This document shows, piece after piece, positions 19,562 to 28,833 of a stretch of DNA of 37,152 bases; positions within the stretch are counted from its first letter, which is position 1, and each line of letters opens with the position of its first letter. The translations under genes and the position numbers were made by a program. Under the pieces are notes generated by a model. The model was not told where the DNA came from and made no database searches. It was given only the letters and a program-made list of their open reading frames with translations. The DNA lies in assembly GCA_036336835.1 (NCBI GenBank), contig JAYZFK010000027.1, positions 1-37,152 on the forward strand. The letters run 5' to 3'. Source of the DNA: Myxococcota bacterium (GTDB lineage Bacteria > Myxococcota_A > UBA9160 > UBA4427).

Positions 19562-21142
19562 TCAGATCGAGAGCGCTTTGGCGCGCTCGCCCGGGTAGAG
19601 ATGGAAGAGCAGACGGGTAATGACGAGCGCCGAGAACACGCTCGTCAGGATGCCCACGCACAGCGTAACGGCAAAGCCCTTGATCGGCCCGGTGCCGAAC
19701 TGCAGCAGCACGATGCCGGTGATCAGCGTCGTGATGTTGGCATCGAGCACCGTCCGAAACGCCTTGTTGAAGCCCGCCGCGATCGCGGTGCGTACGACCC
19801 GCCGTTCGCGCAGCTCCTCGCGAATCCGCTCGAAGATGATCACATTCGCATCGACGGCCATGCCGATGGTGAGCACCAGCCCCGCGATGCCCGGTAGCGT
19901 CAGCGTCGCCTCGAACAGCGACATCAGCCCAATCAACAGCACCAGGTTGGCCGCGAGCGCGATGCTCGCGTAGCCGCCGGACAGCCGGTAGTAGCCGACC
20001 GCAAAGGCCACGATCAGCGCCAGGCCGACCACGGACGCTCGCAGGCCGCGATCGACCGAGTCCTGCCCGAGCGCCGGACCAACCGTGCGCTCTTCGAGGA
20101 TCTCCACCGGCACCGCCAGTGAGCCCGCGCGCAACACCACCGCGAGGTCTGCCGCCTCCTCGGCAGAGAATTGCCCCGTAATCCGCCCGTTGAAAGTGGT
20201 GCGGCTGTTGATCGCCGGCGCGCTGTAGACGCGGTCGTCGAGGATGATCGCGAGCGGCTCTCCGATGTGCGTTTCCGTCAACTCGCCGAACCGCCGCCCG
20301 CCCTCGTTGTCGAAAGTGAACGAGACCTCCGGGCGCTGGCGATTGTCGAAGCTGACGCGTGCGTCGGTCAGGTGCTGGCCGGTGACGGGCGCCTCGCCGG
20401 CGACCAGATAGGCGCGAATCACGCTGTCCGTGTCGGGATCGCGCCCGGCGACGATCTCGCGATCGGACCCGATGCCGTCCGGGTAGCGCGCGAGCAGCAG
20501 CTCCTCCGTCTCCGCGCTGTCCTCCACGATCTTGAACTCCAGGAATGCGGTCGACTGGAGCAGCATGATCGCGCGGTCGCGATCGAGCAGTCCACCCGGG
20601 ATCTGGACGAGCACGCGGTCGGAGCCCTGGCGCGCAACGACCGACTCGGGAATACCCGTCACCGGATCGTCGATCCGGCGCCGCAGCACCTCGAGCACCT
20701 GTTTCATGGTCAGTTCGTAAAGCTCATCGATCCGTCCCGACACGAGCTCAAACTCTCGCGACCCGTCCTCGCTGCCGACCTGCTGCAGCGCGGAGTAGTC
20801 CCGGAGCACCCGATCGAGTCCCTCCTGGGCCTGCGGCGTTACCGCATCGATGCGCAGCCGCGAGCCCTCGGCCGTGACCTCGACGCCGAAAATCTCATCA
20901 TCCGCGAGCCGGGTGCGCAGGCCCGTGGCCAGCGTCGAAATCTCGCGCTCGACCGCCTTGTCGAGATCGACACCCACGACCCAGTGGATACCGCCCTGCA
21001 GATCGAGTCCCATCCGCAACAGATTGTCGGGCAGAAAATCGCTCTCGAGCCGCCGTTCCTTGGGGACGAAGTTCGACGCGGTAAGCCACGAGAACACGAC
21101 CACCAGCAGGCCGACCGAGATGGCACGCCAGCGCAGGCTCAC
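19562..21142 (-). CDS. secD: Protein translocase subunit SecD
   Basis: GLDLQGG, VGPALGQDS, TLTLPGIAG, GMAVDANVIIFERIREE, DANITT, GPIKGFA. Confidence 0.96.
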   Translation of the reverse strand: MSLRWRAISVGLLVVVFSWLTASNFVPKERRLESDFLPDNLLRMGLDLQGGIHWVVGVDLDKAVEREISTLATGLRTRLADDEIFGVEVTAEGSRLRIDAVTPQAQEGLDRVLRDYSALQQVGSEDGSREFELVSGRIDELYELTMKQVLEVLRRRIDDPVTGIPESVVARQGSDRVLVQIPGGLLDRDRAIMLLQSTAFLEFKIVEDSAETEELLLARYPDGIGSDREIVAGRDPDTDSVIRAYLVAGEAPVTGQHLTDARVSFDNRQRPEVSFTFDNEGGRRFGELTETHIGEPLAIILDDRVYSAPAINSRTTFNGRITGQFSAEEAADLAVVLRAGSLAVPVEILEERTVGPALGQDSVDRGLRASVVGLALIVAFAVGYYRLSGGYASIALAANLVLLIGLMSLFEATLTLPGIAGLVLTIGMAVDANVIIFERIREELRERRVVRTAIAAGFNKAFRTVLDANITTLITGIVLLQFGTGPIKGFAVTLCVGILTSVFSALVITRLLFHLYPGERAKALSI

Positions 21143-21507
21143 GAATCACCCCCCTTCTTGCCGCTCTTGTCATCGCTCTTGTCGGCAGCAGTCGTGATAC
21201 TCGTCAGACCGGAGCGCTGTACCTTGACGCGCACGCGCTCGCCGCTCTTGAGCGCTGCGATCTCGATCGTCACGATGTCATCGGTCGAGCCGGTGATGAC
21301 ACCCTGGATGCCGCCGCTGGTCACCACCTGATCGCCCTTCTGTGCCGCCTTGATCGCGGCTTCGTGCTGCTTGCGCTTCGTGCTCTCGGGTCGAATCACG
21401 AGCAGATAGAAGATCAGGAACACCGAGCCCATCATCAGGAAGAAGCTCGGATCGAAGGGCGCTGCGTCCGCCTGCAGCAGCATGCCTGCCAGGCCGTCGT
21501 TCATCAC
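21139..21507 (-). CDS. yajC: Preprotein translocase subunit YajC
   Basis: FYLLVIRP and KGDQVVTSGGIQG; directly upstream of secD. Start is GTG 21507 or ATG 21504. Confidence 0.95.
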   Translation of the reverse strand: MMNDGLAGMLLQADAAPFDPSFFLMMGSVFLIFYLLVIRPESTKRKQHEAAIKAAQKGDQVVTSGGIQGVITGSTDDIVTIEIAALKSGERVRVKVQRSGLTSITTAADKSDDKSGKKGGDS

Positions 21508-22631
21508 TCACCTCCGCCGGCCGCCAGCGAGGCCGCCGTCGAGTGCTCGGAACCGACGCGTTCGAGCGTCGTACCCGGAAAGAAGGTCGCCAGAATTTCC
21601 TGATGGCTCGCTCCGCCTTCGGCCATCGCCTTCGCCCCCCACTGACTCATGCCGACACCGTGGCCGTGGCCCGAGCCGACGATTACAACTTCGCGGCCGT
21701 CCCGTCGCAGCTCGAACAACGTGCTCTTCACGACGTTGGGCCCCAGCGCCCGGCGCAGCAACTCGCCCGAGAGCTGCCGGGCACCGCCGCGGCCGCGCAG
21801 CTCGAGACGCTTCACCCGCCCGCTGGGCCAGCGTTCGACCACGGACAGCTCGGCATCCGGTCCGACATCGAGACCGAGCTGGCCCAGGACCCGCCGGAGT
21901 GTGGTGCGCGAGACTTCGGCGCGCCAGTAGGTAGAGGGGGCTTCCTCCTCTTCTTTGACGGCAATGCTGCGCAGATACGGCCGCGAATCCCCCCAGACCT
22001 CCTCGGCGGCGGCCGTCTGGCCACCGGAAGCAGAGTGGAAAACGGCCAGGATCGGCTCACCCTCGTGCGCGAGGTACTCGCCGCGCGTCGCGGCGACGGC
22101 CGCCCGCACGGTCGCCACAGCAGCCGCTCGGCCACCAAATACCTGGCTGGTGGTGGTGGCCTCGACGTCGTAGTCGTCATCCCCCGGATGACGGAGGGCG
22201 TGCAGCGCGTAGGTGCGGCTCACCACTGCCTGGGCGCGCAGCGCCTTCGCGTCCCAGCTGCTCGGCATCTCGCGCCCGACGCCCCCCTCGACGTAGCGTT
22301 CGAGCGCCACCAGCGCGATGACCGCGAGGTCGGCTCCACGGCTGCGCACCCGGATCCGGCCCTCGATCGTCCAGTCGCCGACGCGGTGGATCCCGGAGCG
22401 CGGGCTCTCCCATACGAGGCCACTTCGCCCCATATCTACCAGCAGCCCGCCGTCCGACGCCCTGCTCAGATGGCGGACCGCACCGTCAGGCAGCTGGACT
22501 CGGATCGAGTCGAGGCCACTCTCGAGCAGCACGCGAACCACCGAATCGGCCGCGCTGGCCTCGCGGGCCGCAACGACCAATCCGGCCACCGCGAGCGCTA
22601 CCGCCGCCTGGTGCCATCCACGCCGTGTCAC
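21504..22631 (-). CDS. SpoIID/LytB domain lytic transglycosylase-like protein
   Basis: Signal peptide, LERYVEG..EMPSSW..ALRAQAVVSRTYA, QVFGG, FHSASGGQT, GHGHGVGMSQWGA. GTG 22631 follows GGAGG. Confidence 0.92.
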   Translation of the reverse strand: MTRRGWHQAAVALAVAGLVVAAREASAADSVVRVLLESGLDSIRVQLPDGAVRHLSRASDGGLLVDMGRSGLVWESPRSGIHRVGDWTIEGRIRVRSRGADLAVIALVALERYVEGGVGREMPSSWDAKALRAQAVVSRTYALHALRHPGDDDYDVEATTTSQVFGGRAAAVATVRAAVAATRGEYLAHEGEPILAVFHSASGGQTAAAEEVWGDSRPYLRSIAVKEEEEAPSTYWRAEVSRTTLRRVLGQLGLDVGPDAELSVVERWPSGRVKRLELRGRGGARQLSGELLRRALGPNVVKSTLFELRRDGREVVIVGSGHGHGVGMSQWGAKAMAEGGASHQEILATFFPGTTLERVGSEHSTAASLAAGGGE

Positions 22632-22693
22632 CCCCCGCCTCCCGGCGAGCAGGTGTCGCACGAGTTCCCGGCCCGGTCAAGCCGACGCAGTGC

Positions 22694-23857
22694 CTAGAGA
22701 TCTGTGCGGATCGCCTCTGCCCGGTCAGTCTCCTCCCAGGGGAAGCCCTGGTCCTCGCGGCCGAAGTGGCCGTGAAACGACGTGGCGCGATACAGCGGCC
22801 GGCGCAGGTCGAGCATTTCGTCGATCCCGCGCGGCGTCAGATCGAAGTGCTTGCGTACGATGTGCTCCAGCCGTTCGTAGTCGGCCGAGCTGGTGCCAAA
22901 CGAGTCCACCCGGATCGAGACCGGCTCGGCGACGCCGATCGCGTAGGCAAGCTGCACCTCACAGCGGGTGGCTGCGCCGGCGGCGACCAGATTCTTGGCC
23001 ACGTAGCGCGCTGCGTAGGCGGCGCTGCGATCGACCTTCGACGGATCCTTGCCCGAGAAAGCGCCGCCGCCGTGTCGCCCCATGCCGCCGTAGGTGTCGA
23101 CGATGATCTTGCGGCCCGTGAGCCCCGCGTCGCCCATCGGGCCGCCGACCACGAAGCGACCAGTCGGGTTGACGTGGAAGATCGTGTCGTCGTCGATCAG
23201 CGAGGCCGGCAGAGCCGGCTCGATCACCTGCTCGATGATGTCCTTGCGCAGCTGATCGTACGACACCTCGGGTGAATGCTGTGTCGACAGCACGACCGCA
23301 TCGATACGCACCGGCTGACCGGTTTCATCGTATTGCACAGTGACCTGCGACTTCGCGTCCGGCCGCAGGAAATCGATCTCTCCGGACTCGAGATGCATGC
23401 GATGCGTCTCGATCAGCCGGTGGGCGTAGCGAATTGGCGCCGGCATCAGCTCCGGCGTCTCATCGCACGCGTAGCCGAACATCATGCCCTGATCGCCTGC
23501 GCCCTGCTCCTTGTGGAGCCCCTCGCCCTCAGTAACGCCCTGCGAGATGTCGGTCGACTGTCTGCCAAGTGCGATCTGGACGGCACACGTGCTCGCGTCG
23601 AAGCCCATGTCAGAGCCGGTGTAGCCGATGTCCGCAACGACGCCGCGGGCCAGGGACGCGTAGTCGACCTGGGCGGTGGTGGTGATCTCGCCGAGCACGA
23701 GCACCAGACCGGTCGTCGTAGCCGTCTCACAAGCGACGCGCGAGCGCGGGTCCTGCTCGAGCAGCGCATCCAGGATCGCGTCGGAGATCTGATCACACAT
23801 CTTGTCGGGGTGGCCCATCGAGACGGACTCGGACGTGAAGAATCGGCGGGAAGCCAT
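22694..23857 (-). CDS. metK: S-adenosylmethionine synthetase
   Basis: [41 protein letters not shown]. Confidence 0.98.
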   Translation of the reverse strand: MASRRFFTSESVSMGHPDKMCDQISDAILDALLEQDPRSRVACETATTTGLVLVLGEITTTAQVDYASLARGVVADIGYTGSDMGFDASTCAVQIALGRQSTDISQGVTEGEGLHKEQGAGDQGMMFGYACDETPELMPAPIRYAHRLIETHRMHLESGEIDFLRPDAKSQVTVQYDETGQPVRIDAVVLSTQHSPEVSYDQLRKDIIEQVIEPALPASLIDDDTIFHVNPTGRFVVGGPMGDAGLTGRKIIVDTYGGMGRHGGGAFSGKDPSKVDRSAAYAARYVAKNLVAAGAATRCEVQLAYAIGVAEPVSIRVDSFGTSSADYERLEHIVRKHFDLTPRGIDEMLDLRRPLYRATSFHGHFGREDQGFPWEETDRAEAIRTDL

Positions 23858-23878
23858 CGAGGATCTCCTGCGGCGCGC

Positions 23879-23971
23879 TCAGGCGGTAGTTCGAGAGTCA
23901 CGGAACTGCCCGTACGGGCGCGGGCGACGTAGCGAATGGCGGCGAAAGGTACGCGAGCGCTGCTCGGGCAT
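23879..23971 (-). other. 30-aa ORF coupled to HPr (possible ptsI scar or leader peptide)
   Basis: ATG overlaps the HPr stop (TGATG). MPEQRSRTFRRHSLRRPRPYGQFRDSRTTA ends 21 nt before the metK start. Confidence 0.25.
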
Positions 23972-24243
23972 CAATCGCCCGTCGCGGTGATGATCTCGCC
24001 CATGCCCTCGACCGCGGCCAACGCGTCCGCGCCGCGGGCGCGGACGCCCAGCGTCGTCCCGCAGGTGGCCGCTAGCGCCAGGATCGACAGCACGCTGCTT
24101 CCGCTCACCCACTCGCCGTCGCGACCGATCTCGATCTCGGCGTCGAACTCGGCCGCCAGCGCGACCAGTAGGCCCGAGGGCCGCGCGTGGAGCCCAAGTT
24201 CGCGCACGACGGTGAATTGCCGTTCGACCCAGTCGTCCGTCAT
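23971..24243 (-). CDS. ptsH: Phosphocarrier protein HPr/NPr
   Basis: GLHARPS (His15) and a Ser46-equivalent in SGSSVLSILAL. Confidence 0.93.
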   Translation of the reverse strand: MTDDWVERQFTVVRELGLHARPSGLLVALAAEFDAEIEIGRDGEWVSGSSVLSILALAATCGTTLGVRARGADALAAVEGMGEIITATGD

Positions 24244-24250
24244 ACCCCGC

Positions 24251-24667
24251 TCAGGAATCGCTCTTCTTCACGGGAAGCAGCTCACTGGCAACCGAGATGT
24301 TGCGCTGGCCGTACTCGCGGATAGTGGCCGCGAGTTCCTCGAGCGGCCTCTCCTCCCGTTGCGTAGCAAGCTTGATCAGCATCGGCAGGTTCATTCCAGT
24401 GACGACTTCGACGCGCTTCTCCTCATGGAACGACAAGCTGATGTTCGACGGCGTGCCGCCAAACATGTCCGTCAGCACGAGCACCCCGTCGCCCTCGTCC
24501 TGCTCGCGCAAGCACCGCGCGATCTCGTCGCGCAGCGCCTCCACGGGCTTCTCCGGGTCGACCGACACGGCGTGGTAGCTCGGCGCTCCCGGCACGATCA
24601 ATCGCAGCACCTGCAGGAATTCCTCGCCGAGCCGATAATGGGTCACGATCACAACGCCAACGCTCAT
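24251..24667 (-). CDS. PTS EIIA component, mannose/fructose family
   Basis: VVIVTH, LTDMFGGTPSN, VTGMNLPML. ATG 24667 overlaps the rapZ stop (ATGA). Confidence 0.93.
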   Translation of the reverse strand: MSVGVVIVTHYRLGEEFLQVLRLIVPGAPSYHAVSVDPEKPVEALRDEIARCLREQDEGDGVLVLTDMFGGTPSNISLSFHEEKRVEVVTGMNLPMLIKLATQREERPLEELAATIREYGQRNISVASELLPVKKSDS

Positions 24668-25533
24668 CCACCCGCCTCCAGCTCGACGTCGCGGTGCTCG
24701 AGATTGACCTCGCGACCACGCGCCCGTAGCAGCTCCGCCAGCCGGGAAGAGACCGCGACGGACCGATGTCGGCCGCCGGTGCATCCTACCCCGAGCGTGA
24801 CGTACGCCTTGCCTTCCTGATCGTACAGCGGAAGCAGGAAGTCGAGCAGCCCCTCGAGCCGCTCCAGGAACTCGACGGCCGTAGGCCCGTCCAGCACATG
24901 GGCTGCGACGTCGGCCTCGAGACCGCTGAAGGGCCTGAGCGCTTCGACGAAATAGGGGTTGGGCAGGAACCGGACGTCGAACAGCAGCTCGGCTGCGGTG
25001 GGCGGCCCACGGCGGAAGCCAAAGGAGACGATGTTGACTACGGTCGCCTTTTCCCGACCCGAGACCTGGCGAACGACAGCGTCCTTCAGCTGGTGGACGT
25101 TGAGGGCGCTGGTGTCGAACGTCGCATCGGCGAGCTGCGAAACCCGGATCAGCAGCGAGCGTTCTCGCGCGATGCCTTCCTCGACGCCGCCGCTGGGCGA
25201 AAGCGGATGGACTCGACGGGTCTCGCGGTAGCGACTGACCAGCACCTCATCAGCACATTCGAGGAACAGGATGCGAACCCGCGCATCGGCTCTGCGCAGC
25301 TCGCGAACGGCCTCGGGAAAGCTGTCCAGGAAGCGCCGCTCGCGCGCGTCGACCGCGATCGCGACCTTCTCGATCGGCGGCGTCGCTTTCGCGCACAGGT
25401 CCAGAAACTGGGCCGCCAGCTGCGGCGGCAGGTTGTCTACGCAGTAGAAGCTCAGATCCTCGAGAGCCGCCATGGTCGTCGTCTTGCCGCTACCGGACAG
25501 GCCGCTCACGAAGACGATCTCGGTCCCACTCAT
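24664..25533 (-). CDS. rapZ: RNase adapter / P-loop protein RapZ (YvcJ)
   Basis: SGLSGSGKT, FYCVDNLP, ETRRVHPL, FDVRFLPNP, GCTGGRHRSV. Confidence 0.96.
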   Translation of the reverse strand: MSGTEIVFVSGLSGSGKTTTMAALEDLSFYCVDNLPPQLAAQFLDLCAKATPPIEKVAIAVDARERRFLDSFPEAVRELRRADARVRILFLECADEVLVSRYRETRRVHPLSPSGGVEEGIARERSLLIRVSQLADATFDTSALNVHQLKDAVVRQVSGREKATVVNIVSFGFRRGPPTAAELLFDVRFLPNPYFVEALRPFSGLEADVAAHVLDGPTAVEFLERLEGLLDFLLPLYDQEGKAYVTLGVGCTGGRHRSVAVSSRLAELLRARGREVNLEHRDVELEAGG

Positions 25534-26078
25534 CGCAACGGCCCGCCGGATCGCTCGGCCTGGAGCGCCCGCAGCGCAGCATCGATCCGCTCGGCGCCGG
25601 TAGCACCACGCGCCCGCTGCAGGTGATCGCGCACGCTCGCCTCGACGAGCGTCGCCACGCTTCCGGCGGGCCTCGCAGGCAGCGTCACCAGGGGTAGCGA
25701 TACCCCGGCAAACATCTCGCGCGCTCGCTGCGCGCCGATGCGATCGAAGGTGACGCCCTCACTCCACTCCACGAGTCGGCACACGAGGTCGATCGGGCCC
25801 TCGCTGCGCACGACCTCGGGCCCATACAGGTCGGGCAGGTACAGCAGTCCGATACCGCGAATCTCCAGGAAATAGCGAATCATCTCGGGTGCACTGCCAA
25901 CCAGCCTGTCGCCGCGGCGCGCGATCTTCACGCGGTCGTCGGCCACGAGTACATGGCCTCGCTGGATCAGGTCGAGCGCGCATTCACTCTTGCCGATTCC
26001 GCTCCGGCCGAGCAGCAGCACCCCGGTATCGAGGACTTCGATCAGTGCGCCGTGGGTCTGGGTCTTGATCTCCTCCAC
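25530..26078 (-). CDS. hprK: HPr kinase/phosphorylase, catalytic domain only (short form)
   Basis: HG..., Walker A GRSGIGKSE, LVADD, LEIRGIG. GTG 26078 follows GGGAGGGG; 182 aa. Confidence 0.88.
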   Translation of the reverse strand: MEEIKTQTHGALIEVLDTGVLLLGRSGIGKSECALDLIQRGHVLVADDRVKIARRGDRLVGSAPEMIRYFLEIRGIGLLYLPDLYGPEVVRSEGPIDLVCRLVEWSEGVTFDRIGAQRAREMFAGVSLPLVTLPARPAGSVATLVEASVRDHLQRARGATGAERIDAALRALQAERSGGPLR

Positions 26079-26115
26079 CGCCCCTCCCACTCCGCGCTGG
26101 ACAGTGACGCGACCC

Positions 26116-26574
26116 TCAGAACTTCGCGTCCTCCTGCTCGATCGCCGCGAAGACCTCGTCCAGGTCCGCAGCAGCGACCAGCTTCTCGCGGAAGCGCTCA
26201 TCGCGCAAGAATCTCGAGATCCGAGCGAGCGCCTTCAGGTGCTGCCCACCCGATTGTTCGGGCACCACCAGCAGGAAGAACAGCCGCGTCGGCTCACCGT
26301 CGATCGCAGCAAAGTCGACGCCGGGGCTGCGCGCGAAGCTCGCGAGCAGACGCTCGAGCCCCGACAGCTTGCCGTGCGGAATCGCAACGCCGTCGCCGAT
26401 TCCGGTGCTCTGGAGCTCTTCGCGTTCGCGGAGCACCGCGAGCAGTTGCTCCGGATCGACGGTGGGCTCGGCCGCTCCCAGAGCGCGCGCCATCTCAGCG
26501 AGGACCTGCTCCTTGTCCGTCGCCGCCAGATCCAGGAGCGACGCATCGCGAACCAGGATGTCCGTGACCTTCAT
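26116..26574 (-). CDS. ptsN: PTS nitrogen-regulatory EIIA
   Basis: REELQSTGIGDGVAIPH, DFAAIDG, HLKALARISR; follows rpoN. ATG 26574 (TTG 26577 is an alternative). Confidence 0.94.
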   Translation of the reverse strand: MKVTDILVRDASLLDLAATDKEQVLAEMARALGAAEPTVDPEQLLAVLREREELQSTGIGDGVAIPHGKLSGLERLLASFARSPGVDFAAIDGEPTRLFFLLVVPEQSGGQHLKALARISRFLRDERFREKLVAAADLDEVFAAIEQEDAKF

Positions 26575-26599
26575 CAAAACCCCCCTCGGGCGGCGGAGG

Positions 26600-28099
26600 C
26601 TATCCGATCTGCCGCCGCTTCGTCGAGGACAGGAGGTTCATCGCCTCACGGTACTTGGTGACTGTGCGTCGGGCAATGTCGATGTCGGATCGCTTCAGCA
26701 TCTCGGCGATACGCTGGTCCGACAACGGCCTGCGCGGATCCTCACTGGCGATGATCATCTTGATTTTCTGCTTGACCGATTCACTTGAAACAAGATCGCC
26801 GCTGAACCGACTCACACCCGAGTTGAAGAAATACTTCAACTCGAAGATGCCCTGCGGCGTATGCACATACTTATTGCTCGTCACGCGGCTGACCGTCGAT
26901 TCGTGCATCCCGATATCGTCCGCGACGTCTCGCAGATTCAGCGGCTTGAGATACTGCACGCCCGATTCGAAGAATTTTCGCTGGTGCTTGGTGATGGCCT
27001 CCATGACTCTGTAGATGGTGCGCTGGCGCTGGTGGATCGACTTGATCAGCCAGATCGCCGACCTCACCTTCTCGTGGACGTACGCCTTGGTGTCGTTCTC
27101 GACGCCGGAGCGACGGCCAAGCACTTCGCGATACATGCCGCTGATCCTCAGCTTGGGCAGCCCGTCCTCGTTCAGCATCACGTGGAAGTCATCGCCGATC
27201 TTGTGCACGTAGATATCGGGCGTGATGTAGATGGGGTCGTCGCCGCCCAACTCGCGTCCCGGCCAGGGCTCGAGGGTCCCGATCACCTTTGCGGCTGCCG
27301 CGACGACCTCCACGGACACGTCGGTCACCCTCGCGAGCCCGCGCAGGTCGCGACGGCGCAACAGGTCGAGATGCAGGTCGACGATCGCGACGATCAGCGG
27401 ATCGACGATCTCTCGCGCGGCCATTTGAAGCAGCAGACACTCGCGCAGGTCGCGCGCACCCACGCCGGTCGGATCGAACGTCTGAATTTTCTCGATCACA
27501 CGGGCGACCGTCTCCTCGTCAACGTTCGCCTGCCGGGCGAGATCTTCATCGCTTGCGCACAGATAGCCATCGTCATCGATATTGCCGATCACCCACTCGG
27601 CAACTTGCTGCTCCTCCTCGTCCATGCCAGAAAGGTGCGTCTGCCACTCGAGGTGCCCCTTCAGCGTCTGCCGAGGTGTCAACGTCGCCTCGAGCGACGG
27701 GTGATCGCTGTCGTCGCCCGAACGCATCTCCATTCCGGTGTGCGGGTTGGAATCGAGGTAGTTCTGCCAGTCGATATCGTCGAATTTGTCGCTGGTACTG
27801 GCGTCTTCAGTACCGCTGGCGGGCTCCGGATCGCTCACGGGCTCCGCGATCTCGGCCACTTCTTCGGGGCTCGTGCCATCCGGGGCCTCGGGCTCGGGCG
27901 TCGCATCCGACAGCTCGGCGGCGGTCGGCTCCTCGCCATCGAGTCCCTCCTCGAGGACCGGGTTCTCCTGCAGCTCCTGCTGGACGAGCCTCTGCAGCTC
28001 GAGCCGGTTCAGCTCCAGCAGCTTGATCGCCTGCTGCAGCTGCGGCGTCATCACCAACTGCTGCGTAAGCTTTGTCTGTTGCTTGAGCTCGATCGCCAT
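26600..28099 (-). CDS. rpoN: RNA polymerase sigma-54 factor
   Basis: MTPQLQQAIKLL, DPTGVGARDLRECL, HESTVSR and RpoN box ARRTVTKYRE. Confidence 0.98.
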   Translation of the reverse strand: MAIELKQQTKLTQQLVMTPQLQQAIKLLELNRLELQRLVQQELQENPVLEEGLDGEEPTAAELSDATPEPEAPDGTSPEEVAEIAEPVSDPEPASGTEDASTSDKFDDIDWQNYLDSNPHTGMEMRSGDDSDHPSLEATLTPRQTLKGHLEWQTHLSGMDEEEQQVAEWVIGNIDDDGYLCASDEDLARQANVDEETVARVIEKIQTFDPTGVGARDLRECLLLQMAAREIVDPLIVAIVDLHLDLLRRRDLRGLARVTDVSVEVVAAAAKVIGTLEPWPGRELGGDDPIYITPDIYVHKIGDDFHVMLNEDGLPKLRISGMYREVLGRRSGVENDTKAYVHEKVRSAIWLIKSIHQRQRTIYRVMEAITKHQRKFFESGVQYLKPLNLRDVADDIGMHESTVSRVTSNKYVHTPQGIFELKYFFNSGVSRFSGDLVSSESVKQKIKMIIASEDPRRPLSDQRIAEMLKRSDIDIARRTVTKYREAMNLLSSTKRRQIG

Positions 28100-28104
28100 G
28101 GCCG

Positions 28105-28833
28105 TTAGTTCAGTTGAAAGTTCTTGCCCAGGTAGACTTCTCGGACATGGGGGTCCTCGGCGATCTCGGCGGGCGTACCGAGTCGGAGGATTTGCCCATC
28201 TTTGATGATGTACGCTCGGTCACAGATCGACAGCGTCTCTCGCACGTTGTGATCAGTGATAACGACACCAATGCCGCGATTCTTGAGCTGCTCGATGATC
28301 TTCTGGATGTCGATCACGGCGATTGGATCGACACCGGCGAAGGGCTCGTCGAGCATCACGTAGTGAGGATCCAGCACCAGGGCGCGCGTGATCTCGACGC
28401 GACGCCGCTCTCCGCCAGAAAGGGTATCCCCTCGGCGGTTCGCCTTGTCGGTCAGGCCCAGCTCGGCCAGCAGATCGCGCAGCCGCTGGCGGCGCCGGGT
28501 GCGATCCGGTTCGACCGTCTCGAGGATGGCGTTGACGTTGTCCGCGACGCTGAGCCGACGAAAGATCGAGGGCTCCTGCGGCAGGTACGTAATCCCGAGG
28601 CGGGCTCTGCGATACATCGGGAGCTCGGTGATCTCTCGTTCGCCGAGGAACACCTCTCCCTGCGTCGGCCGCACGCTCCCGGCGATCATGTTGAAGGTCG
28701 TGGTCTTGCCGGCGCCGTTCGGGCCGAGCAGGCCGACCACCTCGGCCCCCTCTACTTCGAGGGTCAGGTCGCGCACGACCTCCTTGTCGCGGTAGCGCTT
28801 CCACAGCCCGCGCGCCGACAGCGGTTCGCTCAC
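28105..28833 (-). CDS. lptB: LPS export ABC transporter ATP-binding protein
   Basis: GPNGAGKT, YLPQEPSIFR, LSGGERRR, DEPFAGVDP, TDHNVRETL, VYLG. GTG 28833 overlaps the lptA stop. Confidence 0.96.
   Translation of the reverse strand: MSEPLSARGLWKRYRDKEVVRDLTLEVEGAEVVGLLGPNGAGKTTTFNMIAGSVRPTQGEVFLGEREITELPMYRRARLGITYLPQEPSIFRRLSVADNVNAILETVEPDRTRRRQRLRDLLAELGLTDKANRRGDTLSGGERRRVEITRALVLDPHYVMLDEPFAGVDPIAVIDIQKIIEQLKNRGIGVVITDHNVRETLSICDRAYIIKDGQILRLGTPAEIAEDPHVREVYLGKNFQLN

Noticed and set aside
23858..23970. SAM or SAH riboswitch upstream of metK
   Set aside because: Small hairpins exist (GCCCG-TA-CGGGC; AGTTC...GAACT), but I could not match the conserved cores of SAM-I, SAM-II, SAH or SAM-SAH by eye. 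An Rfam/Infernal scan would settle it.
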